Source of the DNA: Spizellomyces punctatus DAOM BR117
Taxonomy: Eukaryota
Direction: 5' to 3' (one strand)
NCBI GenBank assembly: GCA_000182565.2
Contig: KQ257454.1
DNA length: 64,000 nucleotides
Made by a program: the position numbers and the translations under genes
Shown: one piece after another, positions 50,832-63,928 of the stretch
Layout: the number at the start of each line of letters is the position of its first letter
How positions within the stretch are numbered: position 1 is the stretch's first letter
Notes under the pieces: model-generated
Databases searched by the model: none
Told to the model about the DNA's origin: nothing
Seen by the model: the letters and a program-made list of their open reading frames with translations, nothing else

Positions 50832-52524
50832 CTATCGACGACGCCGCTCACGGTGATCAGGACTCCGACTACGGCGTTCACGATCATGCCGATTATCCCG
50901 GTGTTCATACCTATGACTACTGTCCCGGTTACTCCGTCGGTCTCTGTCCCTGTCCCTATCTTTGTAGTCCTCTCGTCGATGATAGCTCGTATCTCTACGA
51001 GGCTCCCGTGATGGTCCCCTTCGGTCCCCATCAGCTTGTTCCCCATTGCCTCGTTCCCGTTGACCGCGGCGCTGCTTCTCAGCGTCGAGATTTCCCGAAT
51101 GTTCGAAGACCAGATCGTATCCCTCATCCTCGCGATCAGCTTCCCCTCTGTAGCGTGTGCGTCTCTCTAGATTAGAGGATCCTCCAAAGCCCCCTTGGTT
51201 GCGCTTTGCCACTACAACATAGTCTTAATATCGCGTCTCATGCCACGGGGAATACATCGGTCCATCACTTACATAAAAAGTCCTGATGCAACTTTGATAC
51301 ACTCTGGGAAAAGTCAACATGGATACGCCGGTCATCAATCAACACGTTATCCATTTTAAAATACGCCTGCAATCCGCAAAAATTCATAAATGAATAATGG
51401 ATAGAGCCGTGGTTCAAATGAACGGAGAGACTACCTCCTCGCATGACTCCTTGTTGTCAAATTCAATAAATGCGTAACATAATGAATCGCCAGACTTCTT
51501 GTCCCGCACCACCTCGCAGCTGCGACGAAGCAACATGTCAGTTCGATGATACTTCGTCACTATAGATATGAAATGTATACCTCAAAATGGTGCCAAATCG
51601 TGAAAAAATCAGCTCCAAATCTTCGTCTCGAGTGACCGGATTCAATTTACACACAAATAACACATTCTCCGGTGGTTTGATCTCAGCAAAGGGCAAATCG
51701 CCCACCATTTCCAGAGTTAAAGCACGCGCCGCAGCTTCTTCCTGCCGTTGTCTCTTCTCGAGCTCTTCTGGAGGCAGATCGGGAACCAGTTCCTCATCCT
51801 CCCCGATTCGACCAGATTTAAGCATCTCTTCGGTAGGAACTGGAGAGCGATCTGGTATTATTATGCCTTCAGGATCGTCGAAAGGATCATCTAAGATGAT
51901 AGTGTGTTTTATTCTGGGCCATAGGATTAGAGGTAATTACAGACAATGAGCCGCTGGCAGCGTTGTCCGTACCTGATGTCCCGATACGGACGCCCGTCCT
52001 CATCGCAAAGCGCCTGATTGATCTTGTCCAAGACATCCAGTCCCTCTACGACTTTCCCAAATACGGCATGTTTCCCATCCAGGTAGTCCAAATGGTTTTC
52101 TGATAAAGTTATAAAGAATTGGGAACCAGCAACAGGAATGCCTGCTTCGTCCGCTGCTGTCGTAGCAAAAGAGACAGTGCCCTTCGTGCGATGCTTAAGT
52201 TTAGGATGTATTTCGGGGCTAAAGTAACGTCGAGCGGGTCCGTGGATGACCCTGAGCGGTCAGGTAAAGACAGACTTAGCAAATGTTCATCAAAAGAGCG
52301 CACCTCTTACAGTACACTTACCCCCAGACAGACTCACCGCCTTGCCCCGTTCCCAGAGGGTCTCCCGTTTGTGCCATAAAGTTCTTTTGGACATTATGAA
52401 AGAGGACGAAGTTGTAGTATTTTATCTTGCAAAGCTTTAGGAAGTTTGTGCATGCTTTTGGTGCTTTGGTCACCTCGAGGTCGATGACTATCTCCCCCAA
52501 AGATGTTTCCAGTAATACAGACAT
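50832..52524 (-). CDS. PPIL4: Cyclophilin-RRM protein PPIL4/Rct1/Cyp59
   Basis: [55 protein letters not shown]-rich tail. Confidence 0.95.
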
Positions 52525-52836
52525 TACCACCTCGGTTCGGATGTCTCCTTAGTTGCTGGGAGATCAGGGCGAACCCATAACAGGATATTGAGCGAGCCAG
52601 TTGCTATGTCAACAAATGCGCAGCAGCGGACCCAATTGCACCGATGATGTCCTTCTTGCTGCCGGGGTTTGCAGATAGCTGCCTATCCCCTCCTGTCCTC
52701 GTCTTCTATGCCATTAACTAACTGGCTGCTGTTTTGCATATAGGATGGGAAGGAGCTTTGTTATAGTGGGCACCTCTTTATAAACCATTGAGAACGCACT
52801 CTGGAATCAAGCGACATATCTAACTAGCACAACATC

Positions 52837-53151
52837 AAATATCTTCTATGATTACAACTCTCCGGATATGCCACAAACAACTGCTGCATAACCGCCTATG
52901 CAAGTGACTATACACCAATGCTACTCAGGTTGAAGGTGTTTGCGCCCAATACAGGGGTATTTTGTCTGGCACGGATGCGACTTCCAAGGTTACGTTCTGT
53001 GTTTTCCAGTAGTGATTGTTGTCATCCTGCTGGTTTGCTCTATGTGCATCGTAAGCCGCTTTGCAGGATAATATAGGCCCAGGGACAGAGATGAATTGGC
53101 TGCCTACTGAAGGCTAGCAATATCTGGGAGTTGGAATCATAGAAGATATTT
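52837..53151. repeat. Imperfect ~31-bp inverted repeat pair enclosing ~250 bp (MITE-like candidate)
   Basis: aaatatcttctatgattacaactctccggata versus the reverse complement of 53121-53151, aaatatcttctatgattccaactcccagata; first 17 bp identical. Confidence 0.55.
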
Positions 53152-53968
53152 AATCCTCAAGATCGTAGGGGAAGCTCGTCCCCAGTCAGATCGGCCTCTA
53201 TCAGGAAAAACATCGCGTTCGGGGAGGATCCCAGCACTCCTACGAGTTGAGCGACGTGGCGAGCCAGAGTCACACCATGGGCATAACGTCACTCGACAAG
53301 GCAAAAGATAGTTCGTTTGGACACCTCGATCTTGCGAAAAGAAAAGATTCTGCTACCGCTCATGCACTGCAGCTTTCCTACGGCTTCCTACCACTACTGA
53401 TTGTGGACTTTAAATAGACGATAAGTTGCCTCTGGGAATAGATCTGAGCATGAAAGATAGTTAATTTTGGAAAATAAAAGAATAAAAGCTTCAGAGAAGT
53501 TGATGCAAGTTCAGACATTAATATTCATTATCCTTAAATCAAAGTGCTGGCTTGGCTGTGTATGTCATATTCATTGGGAACCTTATGAGTGACAAATGTT
53601 ACGAACCTATTAGCATTCTTTTCAACTTCCATCGAAACTTCAATTCCATTGGGAAGAGAAGATCTACTAGCATGAATTGTGCTTCACATCAAACCCAAAT
53701 ATAAAAGCTACATCTGCCTGCTCTGGGGGAACTTCCCAATTGATGCTTTATAACACCAACCAATGTTCATCATCTTGTTATGTGCGCATGAGCATACTCA
53801 TTCGCCCAACATACTTATCGTTATCCTTGACCCTGCGTGCATATCGCAGCCAAGATGTCAAGCAGTTGGGAGCTGTGCCACTGGTTAGATCATTTCCAAG
53901 TTAGAGTCGTTGGAAAGCATGCGCAACCATGAGCCCGCCAGAACTCACCGTTGGGTGAAATCAACGCC

Positions 53969-54926
53969 ATGGTACAAAGCCTGAACTTCTCTAGTCTCGC
54001 CTCCATAGGGAAAATAGTACGAAGCCCGTCTCTTCTGATCCCACATCTTTCTGTACCTGGTAGAAATGACCCATGCACTATGCTCTATCCGTCGGCTCCT
54101 TGCCCTAAACCCAGACCACTTGAATAGATATTCGGTATATAAACTTTATGGCCCTGAAGGCAGCTGGTATTCGGGCGGTGGTGTTTGATAAAGACAATAC
54201 CATTACTGCCCCGTATGTAGAACAGGTTCACCCTACTTTTGCGAAGTCTTGGGAAAGCTGCAAAGACACGTTTGGGCAGGACCGACTGCTTATTGTTTCG
54301 AATTCCGCTGGTACACCCGATGACGTGGGTCATAAGAAGGTAGCCCCTCTGCAAAGTTTGCGACCTGTCATTGGTAGTAATGTAGAATATCTATTCTAGG
54401 CTGCTACCGTGGAGGCCGCATTGGGTATGTCATCCTTGGGTATCGGTTCTCCTATTTGTTAATGCTCACATGAAAAGATAGGAATTCCAGTTCTTCGACA
54501 TACATTAAAGGTAACAGCTAGCTCTGATCATACATAAGCGCCGCTGGACGCTCAAACGGATACGCACATTACCCCAGAAACCAGCCGGAGGGGATGCGCT
54601 TTCATCATACTTCGGCTGCCCTTCTCATTGCATAGCAGTAGTCGGTGACCGTGCGTTCACTGACATCGTTTACGGAAATCTCAACGGCATGCTCACTGTT
54701 CATGTCACCAAGATTGTGACTGAGGAAGGGGATAACAAAATCGCAGCGTTGGTAAGTCATTCAATAGCGGCTGCAGACCGTGTTGATCACCGCATGAATG
54801 TGCTCTGTGTAGATTCGAAAATTGGAGTACCCATTGGTGAACTGGCTAAGACAAAGGGGGTTATCACCTCCACACCATCCGGCATTTGAAAAGCATAATC
54901 CACAAGATTTTGTGCTGGAATCATAG
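53969..54926 (+). CDS. GEP4: Mitochondrial phosphatidylglycerophosphatase (HAD IIIA/YqeG-like)
   Basis: MVQSLN..LIPHLSVP|DI, VFDKDNTIT, LIVSNSAG, VLRH..K|KP, VVGDRAFTDI. Confidence 0.88.
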
Positions 54927-55305
54927 TATTACATTCATGGTTAGAAACAACGTTAGTGGGAAGCAGCTGGAGACGGTATATGAAGAGGGGCAAACTCCAC
55001 TCCCGCGTCATAATACCCGCCTGGGTAATGTCCTTCGCACCTCGTCGTTACTGGATTTCGAACTATGTCCCAGAGGCGCAGGCACATTAGGGCCATTGAC
55101 CAAAGGGAAGGGTCCGAACGACTGTGTGTATAGGGATCTAAGTGGATATGCGACATTAAAATTTGGCCATTGCCTAATGGACGCCCCGTGCCTGACTAGC
55201 AATACACAGCCGCACTGAGATTGAGTATCTGACGTGCAGGTATTTACAATTCTGTTCCATGTAAACAAGTGTGAAGACAGTTCCCTCCAATCTTTTGCTG
55301 TACTA

Positions 55306-56221
55306 TCATTGTTCCATATCCTCAGTTGCATCAGCGAACTGATCGGCTGGATTTGAATTTCCGCCAAGGTTTCCGAGGGGGTTTGGTCCTTCGAATACTG
55401 AGTCAAGATGCTGCAACGCGGCCTGCGCCCATATAGGCGGGGTTAACTTCGTAGTACGATGGTACCTGAATTGATATCATACCTCCTGCAGGCCGTTCAA
55501 CTCTTGTGGATCATCAGGAGTGTAGTACCAATCGCCTTCTTCATTATCATCCTCTTCCGCGTCAGGATCGGGATGCAATGCCGCACAATCGGATATCGCC
55601 TGGAACATTGCATCCACTATATGATTTTGTCAGCATCGCCAAGGATTGCCCCACTTCGAATGTAACAACGTTCAATACGTACACGCAGTTAGATCATCTG
55701 GAACCAATCTAAACTCGCACGCCTGCTCCTCCTCCCCATCGCTCTCCCCGTCGTGATCCATGGCATCGGTGCGTTCCTCTCTGACTATCACCATACTATC
55801 CAACTGCCCGTATACGTGAGGTTTTCCTTCAGTCAAAGCATCGCCTTGACGTGAAATGGCATGTATGCCGATAGAGGGATAATCGATTGCAATAGATAGT
55901 CGCTTTTCGGGGCTGTACCAGACGAGTTGACTATGATATCGGTTCGAATAGGCAGGATCAACACAAAATACTTTTATTCATGTTTAAATTTAACTTGTAA
56001 CATGCGCACCTTTCTGCAATATACAAGTCTCCCTTCCCTGGAATCAGATTGCTGGAGAGGGGCGGATCGAACAATAATGAGACACTTTTCTGCAGGTGTC
56101 GAACTCGCGGAGATGTTGATTCCGCTGAATGCAAGTGACCGTTTACGCCGTTCGCTGGAGATCTCCAGGCTTCCTCAGGCACCAGAAGGTCGGGAAGTTC
56201 GTTGGATATGTGTATAGGCAT
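55306..56221 (-). CDS. CLNS1A: pICln/Lot5 methylosome subunit (Sm chaperone); only exon 1 appears in the ORF track
   Basis: Spliced GKGDLYIAE|SQLVWYSP..IAIDYPSIGIHAISR..EFRLVPDD..|DAMFQAISDCAALHPDP..|AALQHLDSVF..DQFADA. Confidence 0.85.
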
Positions 56222-56502
56222 TTTTTTATTGCGTAATTTTTTGGAAAGGAACTGTGAACAAGTACGAGATCACAAAGGCTCGACAGGTTCAAGCTAAGTG
56301 GGAAGCCATGCCAATCGTCGGTACAAACACGTGACACATTCGTTCCACATCGAAAGCACTTGGGATGCCAGTTTTGACCAGATTGACTTTCATGCACTAA
56401 CCCATTGCAAACACACGAGTGAACTAATTGGCAAGGAAAAGAGTAACGTTGACATCAACGCAGGAATGGAACTCTGAGAAAAAATCTGGCGAAAGAGATC
56501 AG

Positions 56503-56584
56503 CTCCCAGACGGGGAATCGAACCCCGATCTTCCCCGAACTGCCTATTGACAGGGGGAGATACTAACCATTATACTATCTGGGA
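56503..56584 (-). tRNA. tRNA-Asp(GUC) with 10-nt intron
   Basis: Acceptor stem TCCCAGA/TCTGGGA, D arm TAGTATAATGGTTAGTA, anticodon stem TCCCC/GGGGA with CT-GTC-A, intron ATAGGCAGTT after position 37, T arm GGTTCGATTCC, downstream T6 terminator. Confidence 0.93.
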
Positions 56585-56860
56585 CTGTTATTCTGGTAAG
56601 GCAGCATTTAATATTATGGGATCCATTATTACGTGGACAACCTTCAACTGACGGACACTTTGCACTGCACTTTCCAACAATTTGCAAAATAACCTTATTG
56701 ATAACAAATAGGGTAGTATACACCAATGAAACAGTCATCTAAATCGTCTACAAGCTCAAATTACGAAAAGGGAATAATAGGATTCATAGCTTTGGTAAAC
56801 TACATTGTACTTGTAATAACCAAGCCAAACGGTAATCAAGTAATGTTGCAGCAACCCTTT

Positions 56861-57615
56861 TCATTCTGGCACATCTTGTTCCGCATGATTGCACTGCACT
56901 TCAATATCAAAAAAGGCAGATGCTGACCGCATACTTGGACTTTTTCCGAAAGACTTAATTTTGCCAGCTTCGTCATATGACTCGATAGATGCTGGACTCG
57001 TCAGAGGATTGCTGATTTGGCCTGCCTGTACGAGAATATCGGTGTTCTCAGCTTCAGCAGGACCCGGCGTAAGGACTCCTTCTGGCAAGATAAATGGATC
57101 CATGGCCGGTATAGGTGAATCTGGCGTTGACGGTAATGCAGCAACGCTCTGTGCAGCCGCAGTACGATCTTGGTAGATCTAAATAGTGCAGATGTTGTAA
57201 TGAGCTGTCCATCATTTTCTTTGAGATAAAAAATACAACCTTCCGCTCCTCGGGTGTGAGTGCGTTCCATAGTTTTCCGATAGCTTGAACTATTTCTCTT
57301 GAAGAGAGATTAGGATTATCTTGCTGCACCATGTGTCTAAGAAAGGTTGAGCTTAAAAGGGTACAATCAAATATTAAACTATTAAGCAAGAGAATGCAGT
57401 CACCTTTTCTCCTGGAAGAAAAGTACGTATGGTCCCTTACGTCTCTTGTTGGTATGATTTTCACTGCCTATCCCAGTACGAGCTCTCCCTCTGTTTGATG
57501 ATGATTGGCCTTTGGAAGGAAGGAGTCTCCTTTTTCTACCCTTCTGCTTGCTGATACCCGTCAAAGGCGAGCTCTTGAAATCTTCCTCAGCCTGGCTATG
57601 CAGCGATGAGCTCAT
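56861..57615 (-). CDS. Single HMG-box protein (~210 aa, 2 introns)
   Basis: KRRKGPYVLFFQEK|RHMVQQDNPNLSSREIVQAIGKLWNALTPEERK|IYQDRTA; both GT-AG introns join in frame. Confidence 0.8.
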
Positions 57616-58074
57616 TCTTCTGTAGAGTCCGTATGGGCGATATCTGGCTTTGTTATCTGTCGTGATCGACGACGGATAGAAGCTTTCTAGTGGGTATGCT
57701 GCCCATCGAGAGGATACCTCGATAGTAGATAGTTCATAGAAACTTACGATCCATACCTTGGTATTGAAAGTTGCCTGTGTTTATGTTGGGAAAGAATAGG
57801 GAAGATACGTGGGAAAACCATTGGGATGCCCTTAAATAGACCTGCCAGCCACTCTCCACGTGTTTGCATTCCAGCCTGGTTTAAGAGGGTGAGTGGAATG
57901 CACAAAACGCGCCGTTCAACAAGTCGCAACCAAAACAGGGAACTTCACTTCTGTCTTCTTGGGTACATAGGGCTTGCCACGTATACTTTACAACGTTGCC
58001 GCGGTGCGAACTAGAAGCCCGCGACATCCTCGACGATCCCGAGCGAGGGAGCTTATACGGCAACACCAACAAAG

Positions 58075-61000
58075 ATGCTGTCCAAATTCGAAACAAAGGT
58101 GAGCGACAGGACAAAATGCTTTAGTCGCCTTTGAAAGTTGGCAAGCTGACGATGACCACGATGCTCAGTCGAACAGAGTCAAAGGGTTGGCCTTTCACCC
58201 CAAGCGACCATGGATTCTGGCAGCGCTTCACAATGGTGCTATTCAGCTCTGGGACTACAAGATGGGAACGCTCATAGACCGGTTTGACGAACACGAAGGT
58301 AAATATTGAAGAACGCGCAGAGGATGAGTTCGGGGGGACTGTTGGTCCAGGCCGCTTTTCATGCTTTTGGTGCTTGCTGTGAAATGCAAAATGCTCACAT
58401 TATGTGTTTGGAAATCATTGGCGCACATTCAAATGGCATTTGACATCTCTTGCTAGGTCCTGTGCGAGGAATTGCGTTCCACCACACTCAGCCTCTCTTC
58501 GTATCCGGTGGGGACGATTACAAAATCAAAGTGTGGAATTGGAAAACGCGGAGATGTCTCTTTACCCTCAATGGCCACATTGACTATATTCGTACTGTCT
58601 TCTTTCACCATGAGAGTCCGTGGATCATCAGTGCATCTGATGATCAAACCATTCGTATATGGAATTGGCAGTCCCGGAATTGTATTTCTATTTTGACCGG
58701 GCATAACCATTACGTTATGTGTGCGCAATTCCACCCCAAAGACGACCTGGTTGTTTCCGCCTCTTTGGATCAGACGATAAGAGTATGGGACATTTCAGGT
58801 ATGGCACTGTAGAAACTGTCTCCGGAGACTTTTGAAAGCATCATATTAATTTTTCTTATTGCTGACAGGTCTCCGAAAGAAGCATGCCGCTGCGCCAAGT
58901 AGCATCACTACCGATTATGAACATCGCCTGGGAGCTGCAGGCCAAGCTGATATCTTTGGCAACACGGACGCCATGGTGAAATACGTATTAGAAGGTCACG
59001 ATAGAGGAGTCAACTGGGCAACCTTTCATCCAAATCTGCCGCTCATTGTCTCGAGTTCGGATGATCGAACTGTGAAGTTGTGGCGCATGAACGGTATGCA
59101 AGTCCTATAATAATTTAATGTGTCTCGTGCTTTGCTCACTTTAGCGACTACTGTAGAGACAAAAGCTTGGGAAGTGGATACCTGCCGTGGACATTACAAC
59201 AACGTCTCGTCCGTATTGTTCCATCCTCGACAGGATCTCATCATTAGTGATTCTGAGGATAAGACAATACGGATATGGGACATGACGAAGAGGACTGCTT
59301 TGCAAACCTTCAGACGGGAGCACGACAGGTTCTGGATTCTTGCAGCGCATCCAGAGCTGAACTTGTTCGCAGCTGGTATGGACGAAGAATGCCAGTGTAA
59401 CTCCACGCTGGCTTAACCCCTCTGTTTAGGTCATGATAGCGGCCTAATCGTGTTTAAGCTTGAGCGTGAGAGACCGGCCCATGCAGTTCATCAGAACGTG
59501 CTATATTACGTGAAGGACAAATTTATTCGCTCTTACGATTTTTTGAGCTCGAATGACGTGCCAGTCATTACCATTCGCCGCGGCACTACTGCGCAAACAA
59601 GTCCTCCGCGGGCGCTTTCCTATAATCCGGCTGAGCACTGTGTTCTCATCACCACGGTATGTGATTTTACTTGCCATTGTACTGCCGTAACAACAATCAT
59701 CAACAAGACGCCGATTGCAGCCACAGGACGGTGGTTCGTATGAACTCTACAATTTGCCTAGAGGACAAGGAAGCGGAGAGTCTGTGGAGTCAAAGCGTGG
59801 TGTCGGTCAGTCAGCCATCTTTGTGGCCCGCAACCGGTTTGCGGTCCTCGATAAGCCAGGGCAGGTGGGTGTCAACTCGGCAACATTGTTAGGCCGATAT
59901 CCTGCCTATTGATAGTCTTTGTTATGCACAGCAAATTTACATCAAAGATTTGAAAAACGAGACGGTGAAGCAGTTCAAACCGACTGTAACCGTGAACGAC
60001 ATCTATTACGCCGGTGCCAAAAACATTCTGTTAATCACCTCAACTTCAGTTGTCCTCTATGATATTGAGCTTCGAACATCAGTTGCTGAACTAACTGTGA
60101 ACGGCGTCCGATATGTGGTATGGTCTCCGGATATGTCTATGGTCGCATTCCTAAGCAAGCACAGTAAGTTTGGTTTGGTCTACTTCGCACTCTAAGAGCA
60201 TTGCTAATGGATACGTGTCTCCAGCTATTGTCATTGCCAACAAGCAACTTGAGCAATTGTGCTTGATTCATGAGACCATTAAGATCAAGAGTGGTGCTTG
60301 GGACGAAATTGGTGTGTTCCTCTACTCGACCTTGAATCACATCAAATATGCCTTGCCACAGGGGTAGGTTTGCTGTGGCGTCGATCGATCGAGATGTGTC
60401 TCTCATGTTTGTTTTTGCTTTCAGCGACAATGGAATCATTCGTACTGTAGAGCAGCCAGTGTATCTGACAAAGGTTAAGGGAAAGAACGTCTCTTGCTTG
60501 GACAGGGACGGAAAGGTTCGCGCTATTGCAATCGACCCTACCGAGTACCGTTTCAAGCTGGCCTTAGTGCGCAAGAACTACAATGAGGTACTGCACCTCA
60601 TTCGGACTTCCAATCTGGTCGGACAGTCCATTATCGCATACTTGCAGAAGAAAGGCTACCCCGAAGTACGTTACTCTATTCAATTAGCTCGCTAAGTATT
60701 CTTGTGCTCACTCCGTAACTTTTGAAAAGGTTGCCCTGCATTTTGTGAAGGATAATAAGACTCGATTTGATTTGGCCATTGAATGCGGTAATCTGGGCGT
60801 AGCCCTTGAGACGGCAAAAGCGCTTGATCGGGAAGAGTGCTGGCAGCAACTTGCGGCCGAAGCTCTCAAGCAAGGAAATCATCAGGTAGGTTTGTTGCAG
60901 TGACCATGGGTCATTTCGGCCTCTGATCAACCTTTGCACATGTTAGGTTCTTGAGATGGCATATCAAAGGGTGAAGAACTTCGAACGTCTTTCGTTCCTT

Positions 61001-62820
61001 TACCTTGTTACGGGTAACGTGGATAAGCTGAAGAAGATGCTGAAGATCGCTGAAATGCGAAATGACACCATGTCGCGATACCATAATGCTTTATACCTTG
61101 GTGACGTTGAAGAACAGATTCGGTTGCTCAAGGAAGTTGGACAGTGTGAGTTTTTCATGTTGTCTTAGTATATATCATCCATGCTGATCGATCACAATAG
61201 TGCCTCTGGCATATCTTGCAGCGCAAACACATGGGCTAACTGACGAGGCTGCCGAGATCCTTGCAGCCGCAGGATTGGATGCCCCACCCGCGGGAATCGC
61301 TCCCGGTCAGCTTCTGAAGACGCCAACGCCAATCCTGCGTCAGCAAGACTCGAATTGGCCCCATCTTCCTGTTGCGCGGAGCTTCTTCGAAGAAGGGCTA
61401 CTTGGAGGTGCACCTGTAGCTAGTGCGACAAAGGTAGAAGATCAGGTTATGAAGGATGTCGCGGGCTGGGAGGATGCCGAGGACATTGATGTTGGAGCAC
61501 GCCCAGGGCTCGAAGTAGAGAATGGTCAAATAGATATTGACGTTGGAGGTGGGGAGGGATGGGACTTTGAGGGAGATCTTGACATTCCTAGTGCTCCGCA
61601 AGGTGTACCGAGCGCCGCTTCAGAGACGGCCACAGGCTTTACACCTCCCACCGCGGGTACCAACTTTGCAGACCTCTGGGTTCGCAATTCGGCATTAGCC
61701 GCAGATCACGCGGCTGCAGGGTCGTTCGAAACTGCCATGCAGGTAAGAATGCTATCACCCAATCAAGATGCACCAATAATTCGTGATTGACTTCTCTGCT
61801 TTACAGTTGTTGAATAGGCAAATCGGTGCTGTTAATTTTGCATCCTTGAAACCCCTGTTTCTGACCATGTGGCAAGCGTCGAAAGCTTACATGCCTGCAA
61901 ATGTATCGCTGGCACCATTATCCCTACCGCTCCAGCGTCAGACAAAAAAGCAGCTTCCAGTGATCCCGTACACCCTTGGCGGTCTGCTCGGAAAGTTACA
62001 GGAGGCGTACGCGGCAACAACAAACGGAAGGTAGACATGGTATATTTGATCTGTTATTGCCAACGTGCTAACGTTGAGATCAGATTTTCAGATGCACTCA
62101 GTCTGTTCAAAACGATCCTCCAACACATTATCTTCACCGTGGTGGAGCGAGAGGAGGAGGCCACAGAGGTACATCAACCAAAGTTGTTGCTTGAATTTTC
62201 TGGTGCATGCTAAAACATATTTTTTTTTGAGATTCAACAGCTCATTGACACCTGCCGGGAATATGCACTAGGTTCACAAATGGAAATAGCGCGGAGGAAT
62301 CTGAACCAAGAGACGGATGCAAAACGGGTCATAGAGCTAGCGGCTTACTTTACCCACTGTCAATTACAGCCCGCCCATCTGCAATTTACTCTGCTTTCAG
62401 CAATGGTATCTTGCTACAGAGCAAGGAATCTTGCATCCGCGCTAGTGTTTGCCCAACGCCTCCTTGAACTGAATCCAGCGCCCGGTCTTGCTCAAAAGGT
62501 TTGTGCAATTCCTTCATTTGATTCGTTTCCAAGCGACTTTTACTTAACCGCACGTTACATCATTTTCGTTTCAGGCGCGCAACATGCAAGCATATTGTGC
62601 CCAAAATAATCCAACAGATGCTATTCAAGTCGAGTACGATCAGCACAATCCGTTTGTGACATGCGCCATCTCATACACCCCCATCTACCGCAACAGTCCG
62701 TCCGTGCAATGCCCATACTGTCGGGCATCCTACAAGCCAGAATATAGTGGGGGGTTGTGTCAAGTATGTGAGATTTCCCAAATCGGGGCGACGGCTACTG
62801 GATTGAGGAACATGTTGTAG
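58075..62820 (+). CDS. COP1: Coatomer subunit alpha
   Basis: [63 protein letters not shown], terminal CPYC/CQVC. Confidence 0.97.
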
Positions 62821-63232
62821 GGCCAGAGTTGTTTGGGCGGTTTGGTGATCAATCAGAGAGAGAGAGATGGTGGAGGATGGCGGGGTCGCGCGTTGTCGAC
62901 GTCATATCTAGTGCTGTCGCGACAATTATTTCTAAAATATTTTGAAGGAAAGCTATGATTCTTAAAAAGCCCTATCAGATATAACTTGCTGGATGCGTGC
63001 ACAGTTTTAAAGTGTCAAAGTGATCGTCCAAGCCACTCTTACGTGACTAGAGTTTGACGCGGTGTCCGACGCGCCCTCGCTTCCCAAGGTTCCCGCATTG
63101 AGTTGTTGAAACTGCGTCGACGCACTCCAGTCGGTCCGCTACTGACCATTTTAGGGCACGAGCAGTCAACCTAGATGAAAGAGAATTGAAGGAGAACTTT
63201 TGAAATCCACTACATCTCCCGTTTGTCGGACC

Positions 63233-63928
63233 ATGTCCACCAGCGTCCCCGACACCAAAGTCGACAATGCCTCCCTTCAAAACATATTTCTAAGCAACAG
63301 ACCTACTTCCAACAACGAAGAAGATGACGCATGGGACGATGTTGAGCTTCCAGATGACGGGCTAGGAAATGATATCTTTGCAGAAGCTCCGCCCGATGAG
63401 TTATTTGATGGAATGGGATGGGATGAGGATCCTGTGCTAGCCCTTGATGACCTTGGTGGGTCAGTAGAGTCTGGAGTCGGGGATATCAAGATGGAGACGG
63501 ATGAGAGCAAAAGTGGAAAGGAGTGTGATTCTGTTACGGGTACAGGCCGTACTGGGGAGGATCTTGAGGATTTGGATCTGGATCTTGAAACTTTGGAGAT
63601 TCCCGTTGCACAGAGTGAGACGCAACGTCATGAATTGGGTGGTGCGGATGCATTTGGGGGTATGGTGTGCGATTTGTCATTGTCGTTCAAGAACAAGTCC
63701 AAGGGGCCTATGCTGATTCCGGCGTGGGAGGGGACGACGTTTGATTTGCCTTTGGATTCAGCTGTTGCTGCGAGTCACCCGGATTTTGAGGGTCCGGANN
63801 NNNNNNNNNNNNNNNNNNNNNNNNNNNNNNNNNNNNNNNNNNNNNNNNNNNNNNNNNNNNNNNNNNNNNNNNNNNNNNNNNNNNNNNNNNNNNNNNNNNN
63901 GGTCAGCGCAAAAGCATCCAGCCGATAA
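63233..63928 (+). CDS. Hypothetical protein, acidic N-terminus (interrupted by gap, partial)
   Basis: Open frame with Asp/Glu-rich WDD-type motifs running into the N gap. Confidence 0.55.
   Translation: MSTSVPDTKVDNASLQNIFLSNRPTSNNEEDDAWDDVELPDDGLGNDIFAEAPPDELFDGMGWDEDPVLALDDLGGSVESGVGDIKMETDESKSGKECDSVTGTGRTGEDLEDLDLDLETLEIPVAQSETQRHELGGADAFGGMVCDLSLSFKNKSKGPMLIPAWEGTTFDLPLDSAVAASHPDFEGPXXXXXXXXXXXXXXXXXXXXXXXXXXXXXXXXXXXVSAKASSR
63799..63900. other. Assembly gap (N run)
   Basis: ~100 N. Confidence 1.

Noticed and set aside
55008..55406. 132-aa minus ORF
   Set aside because: Out-of-frame overlap with the last pICln exon and its 3'UTR
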